The notes under the pieces were generated by a model, which was not told the DNA's origin, searched no databases, and saw nothing but the letters and a program-made list of their open reading frames with translations. A stretch of 52,638 bases of DNA from Candidatus Pacearchaeota archaeon (GTDB lineage: Archaea > Nanobdellota > Nanobdellia > Pacearchaeales > GW2011-AR1), in NCBI GenBank assembly GCA_017609405.1, contig JAFCDZ010000004.1, positions 1 through 52,638 of the forward strand, in the 5' to 3' direction. Made by a program: the position numbers and the translations under genes. This document shows, in pieces, positions 7,878-16,304 of this stretch (positions within the stretch are counted from its first letter, which is position 1; every line of letters begins with the position of its first letter).

Positions 7878-8254
7878 TTTCAGTTTCGCCCTTGATTAAG
7901 TTTTTTGTGTGTTTCAAGAACAAGTTTTTCTACTTCAGATCCACAAACTTCGCATGGTTCATTTTCTTCTTCACAACAATCATAATTGACTAAACAATTT
8001 AGACAATAATGCCACCATGCCTCTTCTTCATTTAATTTAGAGTTACAATTTGAACAAAAATAACCTTCTTGATAAACTTCAACTTTGTGTCCAGGTTTAA
8101 CTAACCTACATAATTCTGGCATGGCTAATTCCATAAATCTATACAGCTCAGTTTGTGGTATATTCTTTAATTCTTCTTCTAAATCTCTGATTGTTTTAAT
8201 CATATAAGATAGAAGTTTTATTTAAGTATTTAATTTTAACGGGCGAAACTGAAA
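7878..8254. repeat. unit A: perfect 14-bp inverted repeat pair enclosing one promoter+gene
   Basis: TTTCAGTTTCGCCC at 7878-7891 and GGGCGAAACTGAAA at 8241-8254 (14/14). The left arm starts 7 nt after the GTTA at 7867-7870. The right arm is followed by CTCTTCGGGATTT. Confidence 0.9.
7880..8203 (-). CDS. Cys-rich hypothetical protein (cargo of unit A)
   Basis: 107-aa ORF in an AT-rich background, with CSNC...CLNC...CC...CEVC clusters. Its last codons (GRN-stop) lie inside the left IR arm. Confidence 0.6.
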   Translation of the reverse strand: MIKTIRDLEEELKNIPQTELYRFMELAMPELCRLVKPGHKVEVYQEGYFCSNCNSKLNEEEAWWHYCLNCLVNYDCCEEENEPCEVCGSEVEKLVLETHKKLNQGRN

Positions 8255-8321
8255 CTCTTCGGGATTTCTTTCGCTTCGCTCAAGAAACTTAAATTATATG
8301 TATTATAAGCATTAGTTTTAC
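8255..8321 (+). repeat. junction repeat E1 (CTCTTCGG hairpin ... ATTAGTT end)
   Basis: Starts with CTCTTCGGGATTT. The hairpin GCGAAA(8243-8248)...C(TTCG)G...TTTCGC(8269-8274) spans the junction. Contains TTCGCTTCGCTC and ends with ATTAGTT (8311-8317). Confidence 0.6.
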
Positions 8322-8368
8322 TTGATAATACACGAAAACATTTATATATCTTAAACAAGATTTATGAT

Positions 8369-9133
8369 ATGATGAAGGATTGGGAAATTGCTTTGCAAAA
8401 ATTTCTAAAAAAATGGGAAAATAAAAAGGAGGTAATTGGTGCGCTTGTTTGTGGAAGCTACATCACTGGAAATCCCAGCAAACATTCTGATATTGACATT
8501 CACATTATTTTAGATTCAAAAACTTCTTGGAGAGAAAGAGGTAATGAAATCATCAATGGAATTTTGATTGAATATTTTGCTAATCCTATAAAAAATATTA
8601 TGAATATCTTGAAGACGATTATAAACAAAGAAGGAGAGTTAATGCTCATATGTTTTGCACTGGCAAAGTTCTTTTTGATAAAACATGTGAATTAAAAAAA
8701 TTGATTAAGGATTCACAAAAATATCTCATAAAAAAATATCCTAAACAAAACAAAATACAGGTGGAATCTGCAAAGTATCATCTTTGGGGACACATGTGAT
8801 AATTTGGAGGAAGTTTTTGAAGCAAATGCAAAAGAATTCTTTTTTGTTTTCTATAATAACTTGAATTTTTTATTTGAAACATATGCGGAATTTTTACAAT
8901 TTGATTCAATACCTGTTCATAAATTAAGACGTTTTCTTGTAAATAAAAAAGACAAGAAAAAATATCTTATAAGTGATTTTCCCGATAAAAAATTTGTAAA
9001 ACTATTTGTAAGAGCTATTAATCTTAAAAATAAATCTAAAATGATGAAAGAGTATCAAAAACTAACAAAATATGTTTTTGATAGAATGGGAGGATTTAAT
9101 ATTGATGGTTGGAAAATCAAAACTCCTGCTTAA
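8369..9133 (+). pseudogene. nucleotidyltransferase (KNTase/ANT-like) gene disrupted by at least two frameshifts
   Basis: The N-terminal part (8369..8695) carries GSYITGNPSKHSDIDIH (GS...DxD NTase motif). The middle part reads on in another frame (..YEYLEDDYKQRRRVNAHMFCTGKVLFDKTCELKKL..). The C-terminal part is ORF 8804..9133. Confidence 0.6.
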
Positions 9134-9164
9134 TAGTTTATGAAGTCAGATAAAGCAAATTGTT

Positions 9165-9252
9165 CTGTCTCACTCAATACCCAAATATATTCTTGTAACT
9201 TCGTTACTTGCATAGTTCTTTCGGAAAAATTCATAACTTATAAAAATTAACT
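9165..9252 (+). repeat. junction repeat E2
   Basis: CTCACTCAATACCCAAAT, hairpin GTAAC-TTC-GTTAC (9195-9207), CTTTCGGAAAAATT, and the end ..TCATAACTTATAAAAATTAACT. It aligns with E3b/E4 (..TCATAACCGCAAAACGTTAGTT). Confidence 0.55.
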
Positions 9253-9267
9253 TCTTTTAAAATTAAT

Positions 9268-9804
9268 ATGGTAATAAAGATTGTAGGTAATAGAATTTAT
9301 TTAAAAGAAATGGATGAAAGTGATGCGAAAAAACTCCACGAATACTCAAAAGAACCAAAATTAAATGAGTTTTCAGGACCCTACAAAGCATCAGAATCAA
9401 TAGACAAGGCAAAAGAGTATATTAAAGAATGTAAAAAAAATATTTTAGAAAATAAATCTTATGTTTTAGGTATATATAAAAAAAATACAAACGAGTTTGT
9501 TGGAACAATAGGTTTTTTTGATTTAGACGATGAAAATAAAAGTGGGGAAATAGGATTTTGGATTGCTAGAAATTACTGGAATAGAGGTTATATGACAGAA
9601 GCAGTTAGTTTAATGACACATTTCATTTTCAAAGTTTTAAAATATCACAGAATTTGTGCTCACTTCCATGAATTAAATAAGGCAGTTGAAAGAGTCTTAA
9701 GTAAAGCAGGATATAAAAAAGAAGGGGAATTAAAAGAAGCACTTAAATCAAAAGAAGGTAAGTATTATAATGAGATTATTTATGGTATAACAAGTAATTC
9801 TTGA
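9268..9804 (+). CDS. GNAT family N-acetyltransferase (RimJ/RimL-like)
   Basis: 178 aa. It shows the typical IYLKEMDESDAKKLHEY N-terminus and the GFWIARNYWNRGYMTEA acetyl-CoA motif A region. Confidence 0.8.
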   Translation: MVIKIVGNRIYLKEMDESDAKKLHEYSKEPKLNEFSGPYKASESIDKAKEYIKECKKNILENKSYVLGIYKKNTNEFVGTIGFFDLDDENKSGEIGFWIARNYWNRGYMTEAVSLMTHFIFKVLKYHRICAHFHELNKAVERVLSKAGYKKEGELKEALKSKEGKYYNEIIYGITSNS

Positions 9805-9840
9805 ATGCAATATTGTCTAAATTTCTTTTATTATCAAGCA

Positions 9841-10116
9841 TTAAATATGCAATATCTTAAAGGTCTTGAATCCTTGGAATTTTTCTTCTTTTAATTCAAC
9901 ATTTCTTATCTGAGCATGTTTTGGACCTTTTTTGCAAAGCTCAATCATCTTATTAACTGCATTAGAATCTCCTTCTAAGAACGCCTCAACCCTTCCATCT
10001 TCAAGGTTTCTAACAAATCCTTTGACATTTAATTCTTCTGCTTTCATTTTCACAAAAGACCTAAAAAAAACTCCTTGCACAGTTCCCTCTATATATAATC
10101 TAACAGCTTTTTTCAT
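9841..10116 (-). CDS. acyP: acylphosphatase
   Basis: 91 aa. GTVQGVFFRSFV...GFVRNLEDGRVE is the acylphosphatase signature. Confidence 0.9.
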   Translation of the reverse strand: MKKAVRLYIEGTVQGVFFRSFVKMKAEELNVKGFVRNLEDGRVEAFLEGDSNAVNKMIELCKKGPKHAQIRNVELKEEKFQGFKTFKILHI

Positions 10117-10223
10117 ACTTAAACCACTAAAAGCAAGTTTATATCTTTTATGTATTTTTATTTAATATATTCTTAAGACACCCATTAATAAGATATTTAA
10201 ATACCTAAAACCCTTTTCTAAAT

Positions 10224-10340
10224 ATGGGAGAAAATAAAGACTGTCCTTGTCCATATATGGATTGTCCAAGACATTCAAACTGTGAAAAATGCCAAGAATA
10301 TCACCATAAGAGAGGAGAGAAAACTTTTTGCGGGAAATAA
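10224..10340 (+). CDS. 38-aa Cys-rich micro-protein
   Basis: Not in the track. MGENKDCPCPYMDCPRHSNCEKCQEYHHKRGEKTFCGK has a regular C-x-C / C-x5-C-x2-C pattern. It looks more protein-like than the overlapping track ORFs 10162..10347(-) and 10282..10509(+). Confidence 0.4.
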   Translation: MGENKDCPCPYMDCPRHSNCEKCQEYHHKRGEKTFCGK

Positions 10341-10366
10341 AAAACAAAAAATAAAATTATTTCTTT

Positions 10367-10558
10367 TTACTCCTTACTTACATTTACTGCTTTTGGACCT
10401 CTATCCCCTTTTCCAACTTCAAAAGAAACCTCGTCATCTTCTCTTAATGAAGCTTCTTTTTTTATATCTGAATGATGGAAAAAATACTCCTTGCCATCTT
10501 CACCTTTGATAAACCCAAAGCCCTTCATATTATTAAAAAACTTCACTTTTCCTTTCAT
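10367..10558 (-). CDS. cspA: cold-shock domain protein
   Basis: 63 aa. KGKVKFFNNMKGFGFI (RNP1) and EYFFHHSDI (RNP2-like) are present. Confidence 0.9.
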   Translation of the reverse strand: MKGKVKFFNNMKGFGFIKGEDGKEYFFHHSDIKKEASLREDDEVSFEVGKGDRGPKAVNVSKE

Positions 10559-10667
10559 TTGAATTTTTTTAAATTCGAATGTTTGAAAATCTTTGATTTT
10601 ACTTTCATGATTATATAACCTCCTTACAAGAATTCGAATGATTGTGAATTTCTGATTTTATTTTCAT
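10555..10667 (-). promoter_or_regulatory. csp leader: two 37-nt imperfect direct repeats, each encoding a 17-18-aa mini-ORF
   Basis: Repeats at 10572-10608 and 10631-10667 are 31/37 identical. On the minus strand they encode MKIKSEIHNHSNSCKEVI (10611..10667) and MKVKSKIFKHSNLKKFK (10555..10608). AAGGAGGT lies 9 nt before the second ATG, and its TGA overlaps the csp ATG (ATGA). Confidence 0.5.
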
Positions 10668-10771
10668 CTACTCTCCATAGAAGTCAAAACTTCAATAATA
10701 AATATAATAATCTGTTCTTTTTAAGGCTTTGCATACCCAAACTTTAAAAATAATGCTTATTATTTAGATTT

Positions 10772-12226
10772 ATGGGGGGAAAAGTGTCTATTGAAGAATT
10801 GAGTAACTTTTGTAAGAGGAAAGGATTTGTTTTTCAATCAAGCGAGATTTATGGAGGTTTGGCGGGATTCTGGGATTTCGGACCATTAGGTGTTGAATTA
10901 TTCAATAACATAAAAGAATTTTGGTGGAAATACTTTGTAAATAATAGAAGAGATATTGTTGGGTTAGATGCCAGCATTATATCCCATCCAAGAATATGGA
11001 AGGCTTCTGGACATCTTGATAGGTTTAATGATGTTGCTGTAGTTTGTAAGAAATGCGGAAAATCAACGAAGATAGATTCCTCTGAAATTGGGAAAGTAAA
11101 ATGTGGGTGTGGGGGGGAATATGAAGTGAAGGGAGAGTTCAACCTTATGTTTAAAACATCAATCGGTGCTCTTGATCCTATCACAGCATATCTAAGGGCT
11201 GAAACAGCACAGGGAATGTTTGTTGATTTTAAAACAATCTTTCAGACCTATAGAGTTGAATTACCCTTCGGTATTGCACAAATTGGAAAATGTTTTAGGA
11301 ATGAGATAGCACCAAGGGATTTTTTGTTTAGAAGCAGGGAATTTACAATAGCAGAATTCGAATTTTTTATAAATCCTGAAGAAAAGAAATGCCCTATTTT
11401 AGATAAAGAACATTTAGAAATTAAATTTAATTTTCTTGATAAAGAAACTCAAGAAAAAGGAAAAAGTTCTCTAAGAAAAACAACAATAAAAGAGATTTTA
11501 AAAGAAAAAAGATTAGGTGAATGGCATGCTTATTGGTTAGCAGAACAAATTTTATTTTTTAATAAACTCGGATTAGTGGATATAAAAATAAGGGAGCATA
11601 CAAAAGATGAATTAAGCCATTATTCCTCAGCAACTTTTGATATTGATTATCTTTACCCTTTTGGTTCAAGAGAAGTGGCTGGAAATGCTAATAGAGGTCA
11701 ATTTGATTTAACACAGCATCAAAAAGAAAGCAAAAAAAACCTTGAAGTCTTTGATTCTAAAACAGGAAAAAAAGTTATTCCAAGAGTAATTGAACCAACT
11801 TTTGGAATGGAGAGGATTTTTTTAGCTATCCTTTCTAAAGCATATACTTTTGATAAGGAAAGAGGGAACATTGTTTTAAAATTACCAAGATTCTTAGCAC
11901 CAATTAAAGCAGGAATTTTTCCAATTGTTAAAAATCCAAAATATATCAAAATAGCAAAAGAAATTGAGGATAATCTAAAAGAATTTTTTACTGTTTTTTA
12001 TGATGAGGGTGGAAGTATCGGTAGGAGGTATGCAAGGCAAGATGAAAATGGAACACCTTACTGTATTACTATTGACGAAAAAACCCCAATTGATAATACT
12101 GTTACTATTAGAGATAGGGATACAACAAGGCAGATAAGAGTTAAAATATCTGAATTAATAAATACTCTTAATTTATTAATCAATAATAAAATAAAATTTG
12201 AAAAAGCTGGAGAACTTGTAAAATGA
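10772..12226 (+). CDS. glyS: glycyl-tRNA synthetase, archaeal/eukaryotic alpha2 type
   Basis: 484 aa. It shows FQSSEIYGGLAGFWDFGPLGVEL, class II motifs (FRNEIAPR, GMERI) and a C-terminal anticodon-binding domain (GSIGRRYARQDE.GTPYCITID). Confidence 0.95.
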   Translation: MGGKVSIEELSNFCKRKGFVFQSSEIYGGLAGFWDFGPLGVELFNNIKEFWWKYFVNNRRDIVGLDASIISHPRIWKASGHLDRFNDVAVVCKKCGKSTKIDSSEIGKVKCGCGGEYEVKGEFNLMFKTSIGALDPITAYLRAETAQGMFVDFKTIFQTYRVELPFGIAQIGKCFRNEIAPRDFLFRSREFTIAEFEFFINPEEKKCPILDKEHLEIKFNFLDKETQEKGKSSLRKTTIKEILKEKRLGEWHAYWLAEQILFFNKLGLVDIKIREHTKDELSHYSSATFDIDYLYPFGSREVAGNANRGQFDLTQHQKESKKNLEVFDSKTGKKVIPRVIEPTFGMERIFLAILSKAYTFDKERGNIVLKLPRFLAPIKAGIFPIVKNPKYIKIAKEIEDNLKEFFTVFYDEGGSIGRRYARQDENGTPYCITIDEKTPIDNTVTIRDRDTTRQIRVKISELINTLNLLINNKIKFEKAGELVK

Positions 12227-12573
12227 GTGAAGAATGTATTTTTTGCAAAATCTCAAGAGGAGAAATCCCCTCTGAGAGAATTTATGAAAATGAAGAATTT
12301 TTCTCAATTTTTGATATTGACCAATCTCATCCAGGGCATGCTTTAGTTATATCAAAAAAACATTATGAGACAACTTTTGATTTACCAAAAGAGCTTGGGG
12401 TTTATCTTTTGGATTGTATAACTGAAACTGCAAAAAAATTAAAAGAAAAATATGATGCAGAAGGATTTAATATCATCAATAATAATTCAAAAGTTGCTGG
12501 CCAGGTTATCCCTCATGTTCATTTTCATATATTGCCAAGAAAGCAAGGGGATTCTCCAGCAAAAATTTATTAA
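12223..12573 (+). CDS. HIT family hydrolase
   Basis: 116 aa. CIFCKI and the histidine triad HVHFHILPR are present. It overlaps glyS by 4 nt. Confidence 0.9.
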   Translation: MSEECIFCKISRGEIPSERIYENEEFFSIFDIDQSHPGHALVISKKHYETTFDLPKELGVYLLDCITETAKKLKEKYDAEGFNIINNNSKVAGQVIPHVHFHILPRKQGDSPAKIY

Positions 12574-12646
12574 TGGCTCTGGGGAGATTCTAACTCCCGA
12601 CCTCTGCCTCATGAGAGCAGCGCTCTAAACACTGAGCTACAGAGCC
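12574..12646 (-). tRNA. tRNA with CAU anticodon (elongator Met or Ile2), no encoded CCA
   Basis: Hand fold of the reverse complement: GGCTCTG-T-A-GCTC-AGTGTTTA-GAGC-G-CTGCT-CTCATGA-GGCAG-AGGTC-GGGAG-TTAGAAT-CTCCC-CAGAGCC-A (73 nt). The G1-C72 pair argues against an initiator. Its 3' end abuts the HIT stop codon. Confidence 0.9.
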
Positions 12647-12723
12647 CTTATTTTTTACAAATAAAAACAATTTAAAAGATTTGTCATAGTAAGATTTAAA
12701 TTCTCTTATTTCATTAACCTCTT

Positions 12724-12954
12724 ATGGGTATTGAGGTTTTATCTAATTCAACTCAAACAATTGCTCATCTTGTAAGGGAGATAGGAAATATAGGATTGTG
12801 GTTGCATGCTCTTGGTATCTCTATTGTTTTGTGGATAATTATTCAAATAATTTTAATAATTCAAAATAGAGTCAAAAGAAAAACAATAAATAAAATTAGA
12901 GAAGATTTATCAAGAATTGAGAAAAAAATTGATAAATTATCTAAGAAAATTTAA
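12724..12954 (+). CDS. small membrane protein with C-terminal coiled-coil
   Basis: 76 aa with one long hydrophobic stretch (LWLHALGISIVLWIIIQIILII) and a Lys-rich tail. Confidence 0.5.
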   Translation: MGIEVLSNSTQTIAHLVREIGNIGLWLHALGISIVLWIIIQIILIIQNRVKRKTINKIREDLSRIEKKIDKLSKKI

Positions 12955-13151
12955 TCTTCTTTAATAGCTTCTTTTAATTGCCTCTTTTTTAATCTAACTA
13001 AATACCCTGCTATTTGATTTCTTGTTTTTTTACTCTCTGTTAGACCATCAAGTATTTTTTTATTTTTTTCAAAATCTGTTGTGAATTCAATACCTTTCTT
13101 TATTAATTCCTCTGCTACTCTCTTTATTGTGCTTGATTTTATTTTTCCCAT
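12951..13151 (-). CDS. rps17e: 30S ribosomal protein S17e
   Basis: 66 aa. MGKIKSSTIKRVAEELIKK... is the typical S17e N-terminus. Confidence 0.9.
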   Translation of the reverse strand: MGKIKSSTIKRVAEELIKKGIEFTTDFEKNKKILDGLTESKKTRNQIAGYLVRLKKRQLKEAIKED

Positions 13152-13333
13152 GTTTAAACTTCATAAATTGCATATTTAAATGTTTTTGTTTTGCTGGCTC
13201 TTCTAAATTTTTTTTAAAATCTTAATTAATTACTATGAAAAATATCTGGTTTATTGAAAAAGTTGTTATGTGCAATTTGTCCTCCACTCACTTTAAAAAC
13301 AAGGTTTATATAGTTCTTAATTTAATATTTATT

Positions 13334-13747
13334 ATGAGAATTGGGATAATTGGCTCTATGCAATTTACTGAAAAGATGCTTGAAGTTAGAGATAAACTTC
13401 GGGAATTGGGTCATGATGCTTTTGTTACAGATCTTCATAAAGCATTAGTTGGAAAAACTGATGAAGAAAAAGAAAAAATCAAACTTCATCAAAAATATAA
13501 CATGGATGCAATTCGTGAATTTTGGAGAGCTATGCAAGGTGCTGATGCTGTTCTTGTTTTGAACTTTAATAAAAAGGGTATTAAAAATTATATTGGTGGC
13601 AATACTTTAATGGAAATTGGTTTTGCCCATGTATTAAATCAAAAAATTTTCTTATGGAACCCCATTCCAGATATCCCTTACTATAAAACAGAAATTGAAG
13701 CTGTTAAACCGATTATTATTAATGGAGATCTTTCTAAGATTCAATAA
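13334..13747 (+). CDS. nucleoside 2-deoxyribosyltransferase-like (Rossmann-like) protein
   Basis: I prefer the internal ATG at 13334 (MRIGIIGSMQF...). The upstream 33 codons of track ORF 13235.. look like non-coding read-through. The family call is tentative. Confidence 0.5.
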   Translation: MRIGIIGSMQFTEKMLEVRDKLRELGHDAFVTDLHKALVGKTDEEKEKIKLHQKYNMDAIREFWRAMQGADAVLVLNFNKKGIKNYIGGNTLMEIGFAHVLNQKIFLWNPIPDIPYYKTEIEAVKPIIINGDLSKIQ

Positions 13748-13913
13748 TTTCAAATCCAACACTACTTTTTTAAACAATCTTTTATTTGTTTTATCATGGT
13801 CTTTAAAGTTTATTTCTCTCAGGATAATTCTTTAGAAAAAATCTATAATAAATCAATAAAAGAACTTGAAAGTTTTCATAAAGATTTATAAAAGAGAGAT
13901 GTCATTTTATCCT

Positions 13914-14498
13914 ATGAATCAAACACTCAAAAATCTTGCTAAGGCTTTTATTGGCGAGAGTCAGGCAAGAAATAGATATACTATTTATGCAAAAATTGCA
14001 CAAAAAGAGGGTTTTGAGCAAATTGCAGAGATTTTTCTAATTACTGCAGAAAATGAAAGAGAGCATGCTAAATGGTTATTTAAATTAATTAATGAGTTAA
14101 AAGAGAATTCAGGAGAAGAGATTAATGAAATTCAAGTTGAATCTTCTGTTCCAACAATTCTTGGGGACACTGCTGAAAATCTAAAAGCTTCAATAAATGG
14201 AGAAAATTATGAGCACACTCAAATGTATCCAGAATTTGCAGAAATTGCTGAGAGCGAAGGTTTTCCAGAAATTGCTTCTCGTTTAAGGGCAATTGCAAAA
14301 GCAGAGGAGCATCATGAAGAGAGATTCAAAGAAATTTTAGAAGAAATTGAAGGAGATACTATTTTCAAGAAAGGGGAAAAAGTTTATTGGGTATGTAGAA
14401 AATGCGGCTATGTGCATGAAGGTAAGGAACCTCCAGAATCTTGCCCTTCTTGTAGCCACCCAAAAAATTATTTTGAGCTTAAATGTGAAGAATATTAG
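13914..14498 (+). CDS. rbr: rubrerythrin
   Basis: Ferritin-like E..H motifs ([37 protein letters not shown]) plus a C-terminal rubredoxin CRKCG...CPSC. I prefer the ATG at 13914 over the TTG at 13866. Confidence 0.9.
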   Translation: MNQTLKNLAKAFIGESQARNRYTIYAKIAQKEGFEQIAEIFLITAENEREHAKWLFKLINELKENSGEEINEIQVESSVPTILGDTAENLKASINGENYEHTQMYPEFAEIAESEGFPEIASRLRAIAKAEEHHEERFKEILEEIEGDTIFKKGEKVYWVCRKCGYVHEGKEPPESCPSCSHPKNYFELKCEEY

Positions 14499-14500
14499 TT

Positions 14501-15325
14501 CTATTTCAATCTCAAGAATTTTATAATATTGTCATTATCTTGATAATATTCTTCAGCTTTTTTTGCAAGCTCGCCAGAAGAAACTAAAAGAGGAATCATA
14601 TTATATGGTTTAGCTTTTTTTATCAAATCAATTAAGTCATCGGTGGATATTTTTTTCTTGTCTTTTGCTTGCATAAAGAATTTAAGTTTTCCTAAATCAG
14701 AATTAACTTCAACAATCGCAAGATACTCTCTTTTTTTAATTTGAATTTCGTCTATTATTTTGATGTTTTTCTTTTCAAGAAATTTTCTGACTTCTTCTAT
14801 AAAATCTCCTGAATCTTTTTCAACATTTTGTTTTGCTGGAAGTTCCTTCTTTTGTGGCGGCTCTTTTTTTATTTCCTCATTATTCTTTTTTTCTTCCTCT
14901 TGCTTTTTTAGTGGCTCTTCTTTTTCTTCATAAAAAGCATATCTCCACATAATCTTTCCATCTTTTTGAAAGCCAATAGCAAAATCTTTTAAATTTCTCA
15001 ATGCAACTCTTATTGGAGGTATCTGTTTATCATCTTCTAGTATTCCTTTTTCTTTTAATAATAAGAATGCTTCTTTTTCCCTACTTTTTAAATAATTGGA
15101 AAATTTTTCAAGTTCCTTTTCTTGTCCTGGGATATAGTATAATGGAGAGCTTCCAATTTTCATATAACTTATTTTTAATTTTTTTTCATTTACTAATTCT
15201 GCTAAGAATGCCGATGCAAGGAGGGAATCTATTCCAGCTTTTTTAGAAACTTGTATAACATACATAGGACCCTCTTTTTTAATTATCTCCAAAATTCTGT
15301 TTTTGGTTTCTTCAGCGTTGTTCAT
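14501..15325 (-). CDS. winged-helix protein with a long Glu/Lys-rich linker and an uncharacterised C-terminal domain
   Basis: 274 aa. The N-terminal RILEIIKKEGPMYVIQVSKKAGIDSLLASAFLAELVNEKKL is wHTH-like. Function is not assignable from sequence alone. Confidence 0.6.
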   Translation of the reverse strand: MNNAEETKNRILEIIKKEGPMYVIQVSKKAGIDSLLASAFLAELVNEKKLKISYMKIGSSPLYYIPGQEKELEKFSNYLKSREKEAFLLLKEKGILEDDKQIPPIRVALRNLKDFAIGFQKDGKIMWRYAFYEEKEEPLKKQEEEKKNNEEIKKEPPQKKELPAKQNVEKDSGDFIEEVRKFLEKKNIKIIDEIQIKKREYLAIVEVNSDLGKLKFFMQAKDKKKISTDDLIDLIKKAKPYNMIPLLVSSGELAKKAEEYYQDNDNIIKFLRLK

Positions 15326-15359
15326 AGAAGAATTAGATTTTTTTCAGTTATAAATATTA

Positions 15360-15878
15360 TCATAATCTGACCCATCTAATTTCATAGTATATTACATCAC
15401 CTTCATTGTCAACAATTGCAATTAAGAGGTTCTTTCTTGTGGAATGTGCAACCCTGTTTTTTGCGGAAAATTCAGTCCATCTAAAATTATTTTTTTCTAA
15501 ATCTACAAAAACAATCCACTTTGAATGTTCTTTTTTTGGAGAACATCCCTTATCATAGACTCTAAAATCTCCTCCGAACTTAAATCCACTTTTTACAACA
15601 TACCCCTTTTCTCTGAGGTCCTTGAATACAATGTATCTTGCCAGACTCTTTTTATCTTTTCCTAATATTTTCTTTTTTACTTCTTCTAAAGATAATTTTT
15701 TATTTCTTGAATAAACCTCTATTTTCTCTTTTTCAAGTAAATAAATAACTTCCTCATCAAGATAAGAGATTATATTTTTTTCAAGGCTTCCAAGGGAAGA
15801 TTTTTCAAATAATGAAAATGCATTTGAATCATTACTCAAAACCTTTCCTCCAAGAAGATATGCTCTTATTTTTTTCAT
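15360..15878 (-). CDS. endA: tRNA-splicing endonuclease (homotetramer-type EndA)
   Basis: 172 aa. YIVFKDLREKGYVVKSGFKFGGDFRVY, HSKWIV and RVAHSTRKNLLIAIVD are present. Confidence 0.9.
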   Translation of the reverse strand: MKKIRAYLLGGKVLSNDSNAFSLFEKSSLGSLEKNIISYLDEEVIYLLEKEKIEVYSRNKKLSLEEVKKKILGKDKKSLARYIVFKDLREKGYVVKSGFKFGGDFRVYDKGCSPKKEHSKWIVFVDLEKNNFRWTEFSAKNRVAHSTRKNLLIAIVDNEGDVIYYEIRWVRL

Positions 15879-16304
15879 ATTTTTATCAATTCTCTTTTAT
15901 ATATAAGTTTTTAGTTTCGAAGAAGAGTTATTTGAATTATTACTAAGATAAGAAATTTAAATTAGAAACTTTACTTTTTATCCTTCTTTAATAAGAATTA
16001 TTTTGTAAAGATTCTTCTTTTTTCCCTTTATAAATAAGAAATGCTCCATATCCAATTAAAGCAATAGATAATATGATTATAATCATATTTAATGGTTCTG
16101 CCCATGAACAATAATGAGCCATGTTTCCTAAGATTGTTCCACATGAATCAGAAGCTGTTTTTAAACTTAGCCATTTATCTGCTACATCATATCCAAATAC
16201 AGAAACTTTATAATGATAAAAAGGGATGTATCATCATAGATAGGTTTTCAATAAAGCAGTTAATTCCATAAAAACTTATAAAACCTATTTTTCTTTTTTT
16301 TGTT

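Noticed and set aside
10162-10509. Track ORFs 10162..10347 (-) and 10282..10509 (+).
   Set aside because: The first overlaps a more convincing 38-aa Cys-patterned ORF on the plus strand. The second is antisense to the cold-shock gene. Neither has motifs or start signals.
13235-13913. The long N-terminal extensions of track ORFs 13235..13747 and 13866..14498.
   Set aside because: The extensions are hydrophobic or low-complexity read-through of promoter regions. Internal ATGs at 13334 and 13914 give N-termini typical of the respective families.
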